A DNA stretch of 64,000 nucleotides from Phoronis australis (Eukaryota; Animalia; Phoronida). Below the pieces are notes generated by a model that was not told the origin of the DNA, searched no databases, and saw only the letters and a program-made list of their open reading frames with translations. A program made the translations under genes and the position numbers. Every line of letters starts with the position of its first letter. Position 1 is the first letter of the stretch. This document shows, piece by piece, positions 1 through 12,500 of the stretch. The stretch is taken from the NCBI GenBank assembly GCA_002633005.1, contig NMRA01000074.1, positions 206,187-270,186 of the forward strand, given 5' to 3'.

Positions 1-798
1 CCCCCCCCCCCAACACTAAAACTGCACACATTGAAATCTTTTTTCATCCGTATAATTTTAATTACCGGGGTTAATTAATAAACTCAACGCTCTTACTGTT
101 TTATTTTTTTTGCGGCAGCCAAGGGGGGGGGGCCTATGTTGTGTCGCGCACAGGCGCCATTTCCTAAATTTTTGCGACAACTGACTTTGCAGCAACAAAA
201 TTTGTTTTGAAATTCGGTTTTTCGGTATCGAAATTCTAAAAACTTATGATGAAGTGAAATCAGTTCCAATAATTTGTTGTGACGTGTACGCATGCAAGCT
301 CGTGAAAGAACAACAGTTGATTGAAGAATTGGCGAATAAAGAAACTGGCCAATAGTTGACACAATTAAACAAACATGTTATTTCAAAGATCATCTTTATT
401 AGAATGAAGAGGATCTGTAAATAAACAAAAGCAGGTCTTAGCCTAACGATATGATAAAGTTCTACTATATGAAATACGGGTTACAATAGTCTTATTTACC
501 AATAAAAGAGTCCGACAGCACAATCATGGGTTGAAGCGAGTAGCGGAAGTACGTCCTATAGCGACACCTATCGTTCGCCGAACAAAGTATTCTCTAGCAA
601 TATTTCATGGCGTTGTATATTTAGTATACAGCTTTGTACCAAGGCTTAAAGGCCCTGGTCCGGCGACCGGGGGTCAGCACTAGCAGAAGCACTACCAGGC
701 ACTAATCCTCGACTCCTCGAGCTGTAGCTTTTTGAGTTTGGAGTTTCTGCAGTGAACTGCTCGTTTCACTTAAGTTTGTGAAGGAGGTGTCATTGCAC

Positions 799-926
799 CG
801 GTGAAACGACCTCAATGTCACATTTATAAGGCTACATTCAATGATTCGTGTTAAAATAAAGCAGCGGTGAAACGACCTCAACGTCACATTTATAAGGCTA
901 CATTCAATGATTCATGTTAAAATAAA
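799..926. repeat. Tandem direct repeat, 66-bp period x2
   Basis: cggtgaaacgacctcaa...gttaaaataaa twice, 2 mismatches. Confidence 0.9.
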
Positions 927-3287
927 AATATTTCCAAGTGTTTGACTGCAATATATGAATATAAAAATCTAACCTTGCATATTTAATTTTCTAGCGATCA
1001 CGTGGACAGGAAAACATGTCCTTCGGTTTTGGTAAAAAACAGAAATATTGACATCATTTTTGGCTAATATTTCCATTATTGTATTTCTTCGGTAAAAAAT
1101 GACATAACTTTTCATGGGGAATTCAAATTCAGAAGCCCAACAGATTGAAAAATCACCAGTTTTAGTACATAATAGTTTAATTTATTTCAGTCAGTATCAG
1201 TTTTTTTTTCTTTTTTTTATTATCCTTTACAAAAACAAACAAACAAATAAGTACACCATTCATTCACGCATGCACACCTCAGGAAGACCATTCTCATATC
1301 TCGTTTAAAGTAAATATCTTCTACATGAAGTTAACATGAACAATAAATTTTTCCCATTTTGCAGAGAAGCTGTCATGTACAAAGTTTTTATGTGCATTTA
1401 ATTTTTCAGCATTATAGTATCAGTTTTATTGCCCTGGCTGAAGTCACCCCTAATGTGGTAATTGCTCAGCTGCACTCAACAAAGCTAGATTAGTGATTTT
1501 GATATGGAAGGATTTTGTCTACTTTGAAATCTGTTTTGATGAAGACTACACTTGGCTTCGATACTTGTGAAGTTTCCATTGAATTACACAGGCGGATTTA
1601 GGGGGGGGGGGTCAGGGCTGAAACAAGATTTAATTGTTTGGGGGGCTCAGATTCATTTCAAGTGTCAAATTCAGAACACGGCACAGCCGTAACGGAACTA
1701 TGGCTAAGTAAGGCTCTCCCGCGATATCTCAGGCGACCGGCAGTGGCGCTGGGCACTACGACTCCGTTTCCCTCGTCTGCTCCACTATGCAATGAAGAAA
1801 ATTACTTCATTTTTTAAAGAAAATGCAATCTGAGTGATGGTGAAAAAACAAAAGCTGCTGGTAAGATGTCAATTTTAATCGAAGCCTTCGTGAATCACTC
1901 AGAAACTCAAAATTCTCACTTTGTCAAACCTTAACTTAAGATGATTTCCAAAGCAATCGTGGTCATTATTGCCAACACAAAAAACGGATTTGGTCTTTTG
2001 GGCAATTGAAGACTATTTTAAATACAACAAATTTGTTACGAACTGATTGCACAAAATATAAAACATGTAATAATCATTACAAAAAGAAGGAGGTTTCGCG
2101 GGCAAACGATGTGGACCATAAACAAGTAGGTCCCTTAGAATCAAATTGGGAGTTAAATCGTGGTGGTGCAGTATCCGCTAGGTCGTGAGTTCGAGTCTGT
2201 GGTACTTGCAGTTTTTACTGGTTGACATCTTTTTTTGCCTTTTTTCTTGGATAATACTTCGGAAATCAAGGAAAATGCTTGATTTTTAGAGGGAAAAAAC
2301 AGAAAAATTTCCTGGGGGTTTACTTTTCATGAAAAATAATTGCAAGCTGTCATAATGTTTTCTAATCAATTGTTTAAAAAGTAAAGTGGTTACAAATTAT
2401 CTTTATGTTTTTAAAAAAGATATGTAGAATGCAAAAAAATATTTAATAACCAGAAACTCTGCCAACAAGAAAACGCCTATGATCTTTAAAACAGCTGATT
2501 TTTGTTTAAGTCAATCCAGATGATGGGAGCCGAACATAAAAAATCATAGCTGAGCTATTAGTGTGGAAGTGATGGCTTCACTACAATAATATATTGGCTG
2601 AAATAAATTGATATTTTGTGGACTACAACTGGTGATTTTTGGAACTGTTTGGCTTCTGAAATTCAGGTAATTCTTCGTAAAAAGATAACTTTGGGTCATT
2701 TTTACTCAAAGAAATATAAAAATTGGGCAAAATAGATGCGTTAGGTTTCACTTCTGATTTTTACCCATTGATGAATGTTTTTTAGTAACTCTTTGAAGAG
2801 TGGTAGATATTGGCCTCCTGAGTTGTCATGCCGTACAAAAACGAAAGCGACTGCCTAGAAGTTAGATTGATGTCCACAGTGGATAAGTCTCAGTATACTG
2901 CTGTTGAATCCAAATGGGAAGTTTTTGTTATGCAGTTTTATTCACTTTCAGTAATGTCTGCAGACAGCCTCATAAATATCTGGGGTGACAAAAGTTCCCC
3001 CATCAAATATGATAGACATTAGGCGGCAGAACTCCTGGACTAGGAAGCTAGACCCATATAGCTCTGTGCTTATCCAGCTTAGAGATCACTGCTGACCCTA
3101 TCACAGACCGATTGTCCCCAATACTGACTATTCAGGTTTCAGTCTGTGGTCAAGATAAAACTTAGCACTGTCTAACTATAATTTTTCTTCTGCTTATACA
3201 GGTTCAGTGATTTCATAAACGCAACACAATCCAAAGGAGAAAGTAACTAGACAACCTGACTCAGGTTTTGCAAGTACAGCCATCACC

Positions 3288-3497
3288 ATGGCAACCGCCA
3301 CAGACTTAGATTCTGTAACAACTGATATCCCACTGCCAGCAGTGGGGGACACAGGTAGCAGAATGACCATCCCATCCCCATCTTCAGCTGGGGATGAGAC
3401 CACAACTCCCCAACCACCTCGTATTCAACCACCTGCAAGTCATCACATGGCACACCATGTAGACGAAAATACACCCCTGCACCATCATCCAAAAGAT
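3288..3497 (+). CDS. RHBDF: iRhom first coding exon (MATATDL...HHHPKD)
   Basis: Acceptor ttatacag at 3200-01, ATG in accATGg context at 3288, 70 codons, donor GTAAGT at 3498 (phase 0). Confidence 0.75.
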
Positions 3498-6473
3498 GTA
3501 AGTAATGCAGTGTTTATCCATGTTGTATCGTAAATGTGTAACCAACATGCTATGAGGAGCTTTCCCCGCCAGCCAAGCAGTAACTCAAGCCTATTCATAA
3601 AGACATGCCCAAGTTAATTGAGTGTGTAAATCTTTGTTAGAAAGTACTGCCCTGTAAATTATTCTTTCCAAATTAGGTTTATTGCATTGGAAAAACACTA
3701 TGGGTATGGCAATGTGTTGTTTTCAGCCGAATTGCAGATGTTCGGGGTGAGTGGGGTGTAATTTATAAACAACTTGCCAATCATCAAAAATAATTTTGTA
3801 CTACCCCGGTATGTTGAATCGTATTTGTTCAAATTTCTTCTGTTGGATATGTGTTTGGTGGTTCAAGTAAGTTATTCACTTATTCAAGCATCTGTAATTT
3901 TCTTATACAGCAGTGGCATCAAAAAGGTTTATCGCTTGATGCTGATACAGTTCAGGGTATTCAGAGGGTTATTTTCAGTATTACCTACAGTTCACCTGTG
4001 ACTTGGATTGAAATTTAAGGAGCTAGATACACTGTTTTCCATGTTCTTTTAAAATGTGTAAACTTTAATATATGTCATCTTGAATATGACCCACAACCAG
4101 AGAAAAAGCAAAGAAATTTGTTTTTGAATGATTAGTGTTTTAATAAAAATATTTTTACATTTTCACAAAAAAGCTCATTTTTTTAATGGCTTTTCCGAAA
4201 ATGCTGTCACAGATTTCAAAGTCTTTCAGTGGTCACCAACTAAAAGTCATGGTCACAAAGCCATCATCACATACTGTTTTTTGTTCTTTGTTTCTGAGAT
4301 TTGGCGCATAAACAACATTCAGTCAAAATTCCAATTTCATATCAAAATCAATTTAAATAAAATCCCTGTGAATTTGAAGTTCATTTGTACTGGATTTCAG
4401 TTTTTTTATTTCGTAAAATTGTTTAAAAGATAGCTGAGAAATAAACTTGAGCATATTGCCATGTGTTTAAAGTTTTTCAGTTATGCCATTCTTGGTCAAC
4501 TTGCATTGAAAATCTGTGCATATATTGCTCCAGTTTTACTGAACATGGTAAGGACACCAGAGGGCACTTTCTATCGCAAAATAACCAACTTTTCAGTTGG
4601 TGTATTGCAACATTTGGGCTTTTCTTCTTAAAATGTGAGTGCTTCTCACATCCATATCCAATATGTCCCCTTGGTCTATTGTGCATTTTTGACAAAGGGG
4701 CTTTGTGTGGTGGTGTGATAATTGGCCGATTTGTGGTCTGAACTCCCAGGTTCCTACAGTGAGCTACCATTCAAGCCTCATGTGCAGCTCTATTAGGGAT
4801 TTTGAGAGATGTGGTTAAAATGACAACTATGCACTTGGCAGGTCAATTTCGTTTTGTCACCAATATTCAAAGTTTGAGACAATGTATACAAAAAACGGTC
4901 AAAAAACCAAAGTTCTGTGTGTACACCCTCCTTAAGGCTCATGGTGGGATTTTACATCGTACTTTGTAAAGTCTTTGTATAGAAACATGCAAATGAATTT
5001 CTCAGAAAAGTTCAACGCTGCTATAATAATGGTCTGGAACTTGCATTTCGTATCTTTGTCAAGTCACCCAAATGTCAAAATTGGGACAAATAAAAATAAC
5101 TTTTGTGTTCAGTCTCAAGACTTCAGTTACAGTTGTTTGCTATTGAACTTTTCACTTTGAATTGGGATATGCTTTTCATTCTTCTAAACTCCGTAGTTTC
5201 GATAAATTTTGCAATAATGAAGTGTTTACAAAAGTTCTGAATGTGGTATGCTCAAGTAGGCCTAATAAAGAAACGAGTGAAATGTAGATGATTGTCTTTT
5301 AATTATCAATGATTTAAAGCTTCTAAAACTGTTCTGTTGACCAGCATTCACTACATGACTAGCTCTTATAACAAGACAAAACTATAAGTTCGTTATTGAC
5401 AATTTAGCTAGACAACTTGATGCATTGGAGGAAAGTGGGCATTTCTCAGGGACACTTCATTTTCTGTTTCAGTCTAAAATGAAATTGGCAAGAAAAATGG
5501 CCAAGAAAGGTCTGAAGGCTGTTGGTGAGTTTCTGGGAATTAATGAAACTGAAGAACATATGAGGTTATGGAAGGACAGGATGACAGAGATGGCTAAGGT
5601 AATTAAACCTGAAGGGGTGACTCAATTCACTAGGTGGCACTAGTGACGCTATGGTTTGAAGTGCAATTCACCAACCGTGATCACATATAGGAACAAACTC
5701 TTGAAATTTTGACACAAATGAAAACAAAGATCAGGGGAGTTCAAACATTTGTTTTTATTAAAATGTTTTCACTGCTCAATTAGTATATGATATACTGATG
5801 TGCAAAATTTTAGGAAGAGGTCAGCATGTGTTCACAAGGGAGTGTGCAAATGAATAAAAATTAAAAATGCTGGCTGTTGCACCATGTTCAATGTAACAGA
5901 AAGGTAAAATACTGTTTTCATTGACAAATGTAATGCATTAAATGCTAATTTAATTTTTAATTATATAGTCTTCTGTAAACATGATACTAACTTAGGTTGT
6001 TATTAGAAAGATTTCAAAAGCCAAACAGTTAAAAAATTACCAGTTTTAGTCCTCTATATATTAATTTAATTGAGCCAGTGTCTTATTACTAGGAAGCCAT
6101 TTCTAATTGCTCTCTTCATGCAATAGGAGCTTAGATCAGATTTCCTGATAAACAGGCCTCTTGACAACAGTGCCCACTGGTACAAATTTATCACAAGCTT
6201 GTATTGTAGCCCTCAGAACAAGGATTATTAAGCAAAGTTTGAACATCAACAGCCAGGCTGTGCTGCACAATGAGGGTGATAGTATACTAAAGCAAGTATT
6301 GTTCATTGATGACATCTGTGCAGCACAAACCCTGATAATGACGGAACAATTTTTTCTTAAGAATCTTTTCTTTTTTAACATTTATTGCAATCGTAACAGA
6401 CGGAGTACAAACGATACAAATCCCCAATGACACATCACACACACACACACACGCACACACACACAAACACAAG

Positions 6474-6506
<33 letters not shown>

Positions 6507-9500
6507 CACTGAAAACTCAATTTCATAAACCAAAAAACCAAATGTACTTTTTTCATTTGAATTTCGTTTTAAATCTAGTAAAAAAACAGACCGTCTTTGG
6601 AAAATAGGCCTCCTAATACATTTGTACAATAATTGAATTTTTCGAATGTGAAATTAATTTTAGTTCTTTTTTGAAGTGCTATAGGTGGCCGTTCTACTTT
6701 CAGGTTTCTAAAGTATACTTTTTTGGCCAAAAAATTTTCTTTTCAGTGTCAATTAGACTTGAATTCCTCAAAATATCTATCCAGGTCGAATTATTTATTA
6801 TCTCAACCATGTTTCTTTAAGTGCTTTAATAAAAGAAACTAAATGAACCGTGTTGAGATCACAGTTTTTTTATAATTCTGAACCATTGTATTACAAGAAA
6901 TTCTATCTTTTTTGTTACTCCAAACAAACTGAAAAAATGTTTTCTGCAGTTGTTTGATAAAATTGACCTACAGTGATGGGAGTCTTCAGAAAGGATGTGT
7001 AAGCTTTGGCAGTAACACTGAGGTATCTTATGGACCAAGAGCGCAAGATATTCTGAATGTCAATAAGTTTTTCATTTAAGTTCAAACAGATCATTTTGTC
7101 AAGATTTACACTAAATTTAATTCCCAAAGTCGAAAATTGTGTTTTTGACCATTTTAAAGGTATCCAGGAATCATATACTTCCTGGTTCCATATTCACTCG
7201 CTTTTTTCATTATTAGGTTTAATACCTGAATACTTAGAAAATTGGTGCAGAACATCCAGTGCCTTTTTAAGAGATTTGTCAGAACCATCCGTCACAGTCA
7301 TTAAAAACAAGAATTTTTCTATTTGCACTCCTGCATCTTGTGCTAGTTGTTTTGTGTTTAAAGCTCAAACAGAGTCTTTCCCTTTTCTTCTTCAGACCGA
7401 TCACATAGGAATACATATGACTGACGTGAACATGAAGAAGGAGCACCCGCAGGCCGATGTGGTGTTCACGCTGAAGAAGGTGTTGGAAAATGTGGCTGAC
7501 GATCCCGAGGAAGAACGGAGAATTTTGGAGACGGAGATCAGTGATGACGTCTTGAGTGGAACCCAACAACAAGAGCGGTACGATGCCAAGGATTGGTTGC
7601 GTGCATCTAAATATTATCATTGAATCTTTTTTAATTCCAAAAATGTGTCTTCAATATTGGACACATTTATTTTGTCTTTAGGAGCATGGGTGGTTGAGGT
7701 CACCAGCTTCCTGCATATTTTGCTAGTGATAATTAATCACAGTCCAACAAATACAGGGCACCATAGACCCAATTTACGCGGCAGACATTAAAAACCAAAG
7801 CGAGGATCACTGCGATAAACAAAGCGGAAGTTGACATTGCGTGAGTTAAATGGCCGGTCTTTTGAGTCCTAAATAACCTGGATATTAAATCTTAAAAATG
7901 TGTCGATAATTAACCACAGAGATGTAGAAAAATACATTAGAGAACAAGTCAATGTACCAAAGAGTTGTCTGATGTAAGGGTATAAGTTTTTTTCAGAAAA
8001 CTAGGTTCGAAACATGAAAAGTAAATATGACCAAACTGCGGCGGTGTTACGGATTAGGTATTAGGCTGAATGCAGGGTTACTTTTCTCATCTTGCAAATT
8101 GTTGATAAAAATGCTTTCTACCCGAACCAGGTTATCTGCTTGTATTGTTGACGAGTTGAAGATATATTTGACAGTGGTGGCTCATTGCATTTTGCTGTCA
8201 CGTGCAATTAGTCACATCTGGTTTAATTTGTTGATCAAGAATATTAACTACAAGTGTAGCCTAGGTCCTGGTGAGGTAGGGACTAACGGGATTAACAGTT
8301 GATTTTTCATTGATCTGAAAGAATAACTGATGTTATTAAATATATTTTTACTAAAATTAAAAACCAAGCTTGTAATTGAAAATAAAAATTATTTGACCAT
8401 TTAAGTTTTAAATTTTGAAAAAAAAAATTAATGAGCACAGCCCCACTTTGGCATTATATCCAGGTTCTCATTCACTGCCTTGCACACATTCACAAGTAAT
8501 TATTTGACCATCAATTCTGCTTTCTTGGTTTTAATAATTCTTACGTCTATTTTATGTGTTAGGTTTCAAATATCAATCTGGACCAAGTTGAATTTTAAAA
8601 TTAAAACACCTAATTTGTTTGTCCAAAGCATAACCTCGTTTTAGAGCTCAATTTCAGTTAACTGGACACAGCAAGCATAGTTATCAAGTTTCTTCAGGGG
8701 CCTCATTAATCCAAGGGAAAAGGTGCCTGTGCCTCAAGTTCTGAGAGAAGGGAATTTTTTCGCCAAACGAAATTAAGGGAAAAATCTACCTTCCGATCAT
8801 CATCAGTAGCACTCCCTGGCGCCCTGTTGCAAGCTCTCATAGGCTCTCTCTCAAGTAGCATTTTGTGCTCTTTCAAATTGTCACTTGTGTGGTTACAGGT
8901 GATTTGAACTTCGGAGAGAGCTTTTCTATCCCTATGGGAATTTTTAGGCCTCTTGGGGCCGCGGCATTTCGGGGAATTTTTCAATATTTTTGAGAGGGGA
9001 ATAAGGCTGATATTCGGCCCCAAAATCGAGGGATTGAGGGCCCTGTCCTTCTTGGAAAGAAAAATGCATCATCTTTCAACCCGTAGTCATGAAAACACAG
9101 CCTGGCTGGCCGAAAATTCTGCGGTCCGTCGTTGCTATGATGCTCGGCAACCGAGATGCGACAAAATATGATCTAACTTTTCGAAAACATTTAAGTTTTA
9201 CGTGGACATGTTTTTCTTCGTCGCGGTGTGTCAGGCAACGACCCAATGCTTTCAAATCTCAACGTCCTTAGGGATTGTAAAACAGACAGTTGAGTGTCCA
9301 TATTTTTCTAGTCCGTCCGACCAACGCGGAATACAACACTGATTATGCCGATAAGCCAACAGAGCTATCGTAGCGAGCCTCGTTTTGGAACACGCCTCCT
9401 GTCGGCGTGAATTGGGTCTGTGGCAAGTGACATTTACCCATGCTCCTATTGATCCTAGCAGCAAAATTATGAAATGTGCAAGTCCCCCCCATTAACTTAT

Positions 9501-12500
9501 CAGGTGTCATGTTTATTGGTTTGTGTTTTAGACTGAGGATGACATGATACATAAGACACTAAAGCTTTCCAGTCACTGAAGTGATTGGTTTTGTTTATAT
9601 TGGTAGAATGTAAACATAGATCATTTACCCCTATAAATGGCAGCCCCTATTTTTATTTTTTGCAAACAAATTACTGTATAAATATAGATTATTACATGGC
9701 GAACCCATTATCCCCCATATTCTTGAGCCCTCGTGGATTTTGGAGAATTATTCCAAAATCCACGAGGGCTCTAGATAAGGGGGATAATGATTGAGAACAT
9801 GTAATAATCTATTTGTACCACATACTGAACGAGAAACATTGCAATGAATCGATCTACCTTTCTCGATTCGCTTCGGCTATGTAACTACTTTCTATGTCAG
9901 AGGCCCGGGTCGGAGATCGAGACCTTTTCAGAAAAGCCGAGCTATTTTGGTCAAATAATGCTTTTACTCAAAACCAATTGAAAATTTAAACAATATAGAA
10001 ATAAAATGAATCTATAAATTAATCTAGAGACCTGTGTTGCAATTCCCAGTTGGGGTTCCTGATTTTTCTATGTTTATTTGCTATAGATTAAGGTTTAGCA
10101 ACTATTATAGCTTACTACACCTTTTATCATGCTAAGCTGCGACCTGGAGAATGTTGTCTGCTAGAGTAGGTTACCACTGGTAACTGAGTATATTGCTCAA
10201 GCCAAGGGATCCTGACGACACGATATCCGCATTCAAATTGGAGATCGGTGATTTACAAGTGAGAGAAAATTAGAGAAAAATTTCACTGAATTAAGATATC
10301 GTTTTTATGGAAATTATGCGTCTTATTTTTCATAGTGTATGAATGTCAGTGCAATGCCCTTTGTTGAACATGCGATTGTTACGCGTGCTCATTTAAGTAT
10401 TCTATTTTCACATTCGATAACGTCAGCTACTGGCTGGTGTAGTGGTAAAGTCAACGACTCAAAACTTTGCGGACCTTGGTTCGAAACCGGCCTCGGTTTC
10501 CCGCCAAAATGTTATCTCACTAGTGAGATAACTAAATGGGTTGTTACACGGTTGTATTGGCCCTTCAAGGCTCCACCATTCTCTGAAATCCCTTAGCATT
10601 ATATGAAATTTATTTTTGCATAAAAGTAAGTAGCACCAAACAAATGTTTTATCAATCTCAAAGCCTCCACTAGAAGCTCGCCTTCCATCACAAACTGACA
10701 AACTTTTAATTTATACCACTTACTTTAAAGGAGCATGCCACCCAAAAAACAACCTAATTTGTATCAATTTAGATCGAGTAGTTCTACTCCATAACAACAC
10801 GTACGGTTGCGTTACCTGACACCTGATGACAGACGGAGGTGTTGAAATTATCCAATGACCTCATCGGTTTCACATGCAGTCTGTTCCGTCAGCAGTTCAC
10901 AACACGGGTTACTCTGGTGTCATCTCATCACTTGAAGTCATCATTTAACACCAATAAATCATCAAACTTTGATGTAAAACCCTTAAAAATACACCGAGTT
11001 CTTATAAAAACGTGTTGTTTTATTTTGCTCTTTCGGATTTATTCAGGTATTTGGACACACCGTAGCCTACAAAGTTCGGCAAGCCAACTATGTCCGTAGG
11101 AGGAGTTTGGGGTCTGTTCGGAGATAATTTCGAAGTATTTTCCGTGAGATACAGACAGGAGAACCTAGATCTGTGTTATTTAGACTTGTGATTTTTTTAA
11201 GGCTTGTTATCCTGGCCAGTGGCCGGAGCCCGATCAGGCCCGTTGCGGCCGCCCGGATCGATGGACTCGTTGCGGCCGCGGCCAGTGGCTCGGAAACTGA
11301 TCAGACATCACGAACATGAACCAGCCAAAGTTCAGTGGAAACTAAACTTCCAGTCAAGAAAATACTATGCTTGTGAGCCAAAGTAATGTGCACGTGATTA
11401 CCAAAAATTGTGAGCATTTTAACAATTAAAGGGCACAAAAATGAAAAACTTAAGGCAATTGTGACAATTATTTGTGTACAAAATTGGTGACAAGATTCAC
11501 TGTTACACTATGGTCATACCTGGATATTCCAGCTTAAGGAAAATTCAGAGACATTCATTTTCAATGATAATTTGTGGTATTGAAAGTTTGATGCTGTTAT
11601 AGCCCACTTTGGCATCCATCCCAGGATAAGCTGGTGTGACTCCCTGACTCGATTCGACCTTGTATTGACAATCGACCTTTGAAATTCAAAGGCATGCTCC
11701 ACTTGTATGGTGAACAAGAGTTTGCGGTGGTGCACACCAGTTGCATATATGACAAAATGGAGTCATGCACTGCCTTTTGCAGAAAAGTACTAGATGGTAA
11801 TTGTAGATCTGTTATTGCATGGTCTTGTGAATTTGTCGTCTTCTCTGTTTCAATGGTTAGTTAAGTTATCCTTAAATTTCTCATGTCAGGATATTATCTT
11901 TGACAGGCATACTTTGTGAGTACTAAATTAGGTATTAGGGAACAGAGATGGGTGTTTGTGATAACTGCTGCCTGTTCCTCCACTCAACAGTCTTACCTGG
12001 TCATTAATAGGCACTGTAGCACTCAACAGTCTTACCTGGTCATTACAGGCACTGTGGAGTGTGGACAGCAACAAAAAGTAAATCCATCATGGATAATTGA
12101 ACTTTGTCATTGTTTGCCCCTGTTTACAAGTGTGATGTGTTGCTGGGGCAGCTTGCACAACTTAGGTTGGGACATATCAACAAAGGAACAGCACTATGAG
12201 TTGCAATTCACGTCATTTCTCCTTTCTTGTATTGGCAGTTTTTATTTTCCTTCGTGCAGTTGCTTCAAATGGTTGGGAAGAAATGTGTTATCACAAGCAG
12301 ACACCTGTTGGCACTGATATCCATCTCTGTTTCCTTATTCCCAAACAAAGGGGGTGTCCTAGAAGTCCAGTCGCTGTGGTAAGTGGCTCTTGCCCATCCA
12401 GTAACGAAGCACATGGTTGCGGGTTGGGAAATGAGATGCATGATGCAATGACATAAAGTTTAATTCATATCGTTCCAGTTCTGAAAATGAGAAAAGAAAA

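Noticed and set aside
2590-2720. 5' UTR exon with donor CAG|GTAATT at 2667
   Set aside because: The region resembles 30940-31060 (tgtttggcttctgaaa and flanks), so it is probably a repeat; no independent support
6287-6629. Cys/Val-rich ORFs
   Set aside because: Translation of the (CA)n microsatellite
10425-10500. Functional tRNA gene
   Set aside because: A and B boxes are present, but the acceptor and anticodon stems do not pair convincingly; kept only as SINE-like
10726-11700. Kolobok-like element with ggagcatgcc / ggcatgctcc ends
   Set aside because: Only a 10-bp match and no TTAA on the right side
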